NCBI GenBank assembly: GCA_964199315.1
Contig: OZ116708.1
Coordinates: 28,458,001-28,522,000 of the forward strand
DNA length: 64,000 bases
Source: Orbicella franksi
Lineage: Eukaryota
Direction of reading: 5' to 3'
A program made the translations under genes and the position numbers. Below the pieces are notes generated by a model. It ran no database searches. It worked only from the letters and a program-made list of their open reading frames with translations, and was not told where the DNA came from. This document shows positions 62,467 through 64,000 of the stretch, in pieces (the first letter of the stretch is position 1; each line of letters opens with the position of its first letter).

Positions 62467-63113
62467 GCGGCTACGATATAACCTCCGGCCGAATTACATT
62501 TAAAATCTATGGTTTCATTTGCATATGATAAAACATGCTTGTCAGTGTTCACTTGATTGCGTTTCTTTTGAATGAATATTTCACGCCTGAGTGGCAGAGA
62601 CAAGTGCGTGATATTACACGCGAAGTTGTTGATTGCTTTCATGACGCGGTTCCGGTTGAGGCGATACAGCTTCCCGTTGCGAATTCCTGAAGGCTACAGT
62701 TTAAGTTTGTTGCATTCCTCTTGGCTTCAGTTGAAGCGATCAGGAATTTTCAAAGCCATCAGGAATGTTGAAGTCAAAAGGAATTTTACAGGCGGATTTC
62801 TATTTTTTGTCCACAGTTTGTTAGAATATGGTATTTCTTCTCGGCCTGGCCAATAAAAATGGCACTTTTCACCTTTTTTCGAAAAAAAATTGGGCACGAA
62901 ACGTGATAGAACAAAGAGACTTCACCAGAACGATAAAAAGAAACAGCTGATCGCGGGGTTTTCCCTATTTCGCACGTGACTGCGTAAGTGAGTAACCTTC
63001 TCGAAAGTTCAAGGCTATTTTTGTGACATGATAAATACACAATCACATGTTTTTGATAAGACAAAGAGAGAGTTTTGTGTTTTTTCGCTCAAAATTTAGT
63101 TCAAATCTGGTGT

Positions 63114-63740
63114 TTACTCTGCATTTTTTTTTCTATATTCCTGAACCTGGTCCCGAACCTGGTTTCTTATTTTTTTGATATCTGGCTGGATTGGACTTGT
63201 CTGTATTTGAGCAAAGTTCGAGCGTAAAGTATCTTTAAGCTGGCTATATTTCTGCATTTCACGTGTGATCAGTTGAAACTCCGTGTCAGAAACCTGATTA
63301 TCATTAAGAGCCTGTGAGACGGCGAGGTTAATCGAGTCATGTTTCGCAATAGCCAGAGAATGGATTCTGGAGTGCTTATTGACTTTGCGTTCAAGCTTCT
63401 TGTTGACAACGGACAGGCCAGTGAAAACTGCACCAGATAAAGCGGCAATCCCGGCAACAGGCGCGCCGACAACAATTCCAACACCAGTGAGTGATGTTGC
63501 GACAGCCCCAGAAGACAGAACTGCTGTGAAGGCGGTAAGGCCAACCACGGAATAGTGAAGCGCTTTCTGGGCTTTTTTGTATTTTTTCAACACAAGCCTG
63601 TAATGCTCGACCTCAGCAGAAATTTCTTTTTCAATTCTGCTGATCTCGGTTAGCCGGAAATTCTCGGCATTCATCGTTTCGGGAAGGCTTGGATAGATGT
63701 CAGGCGGTGCACTTGGTGGCAACAGATTTGCCGAAGACAT
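63114..63740 (-). CDS. Polinton/adintovirus-type protein with Gly/Ala-rich hydrophobic hairpin and N-terminal PSAP/YPxL motifs (208 aa)
   Basis: PPSAPPDIYPSLP, FRLTEISRIEKE, an approximately 50-aa hydrophobic stretch, KH..I..LA and SQALNDNQVSDTEF. Lies directly downstream of the penton gene. Confidence 0.75.
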   Translation of the reverse strand: MSSANLLPPSAPPDIYPSLPETMNAENFRLTEISRIEKEISAEVEHYRLVLKKYKKAQKALHYSVVGLTAFTAVLSSGAVATSLTGVGIVVGAPVAGIAALSGAVFTGLSVVNKKLERKVNKHSRIHSLAIAKHDSINLAVSQALNDNQVSDTEFQLITREMQKYSQLKDTLRSNFAQIQTSPIQPDIKKIRNQVRDQVQEYRKKNAE

Positions 63741-63757
63741 CGCGTATATATAGAAAT

Positions 63758-64000
63758 TTAATTTAACTCTAATTCAAAAAGAAGAGGAAAGCCCTTGAAA
63801 TCAAAGAGTTCGCCATTTTCATCTTTCACGCTAATGGTGATGCTATTTATGGACTGGTCTGTAGAGCAGTCTCGCAAAACCTGTTGCGGAGAACCCTGGT
63901 AGCTCACCTTTTCATAAGGATTCCCTTTCACATCAAAGAAGGCTAATACATCTGACCTTTTGCCATTGAACAGATTCCGTTTTGTGTCGATCAAATCACA
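63758..64000 (-). CDS. 3' part of a Polinton/adintovirus-type minor capsid (penton) gene, running off the window
   Basis: C-terminus INSITISVKDENGELFDFKGFPLLFELELN has the I.I.I.(V/L).D..G..(I/F)DF.G pattern typical of Polinton single-jelly-roll pentons (recalled). No stop upstream within the window. Confidence 0.7.
   Translation of the reverse strand, partial: CDLIDTKRNLFNGKRSDVLAFFDVKGNPYEKVSYQGSPQQVLRDCSTDQSINSITISVKDENGELFDFKGFPLLFELELN

Overview
This is eukaryotic, intron-rich animal DNA at roughly 38% GC by eye. The repeat families and gene content point to a stony coral or related anthozoan (inference). Most ORF-track entries are spurious or single exons. Host genes reconstructed by splice phase: (1) two tandem intronless class A GPCR paralogues (4530-5525, 7579-8598) with an EKY motif in place of DRY and no TM3-ECL2 disulfide; (2) a 6-exon type II membrane sulfotransferase-family gene on the minus strand (14999-10498); (3) a 15-exon DALRD3 orthologue on the plus strand (16502-30042), head-to-head with the sulfotransferase; (4) a tentative multi-exon gene of unknown function from 32898. 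The interval 41.1-51.1 kb is a nested stack: a BEL/Pao LTR element interrupted by an L2/CR1 LINE and by two near-identical, oppositely oriented 1274-bp TIR elements with 5-bp TSDs. A decayed L1/Tx1 LINE (about 55.1-59.6 kb) is cut off by a 147-bp palindrome. After the palindrome lies a rearranged endogenous Polinton/adintovirus-like segment running to the window edge. It carries penton fragments, two F-box-like Cys-rich paralogues duplicated via microhomology junctions, and a hydrophobic-hairpin protein with PSAP and YPxL (ESCRT late-domain-like) motifs at its N-terminus. This viral segment is the most promising novel system in the window. No rRNA, bona fide tRNA or CRISPR array was found.
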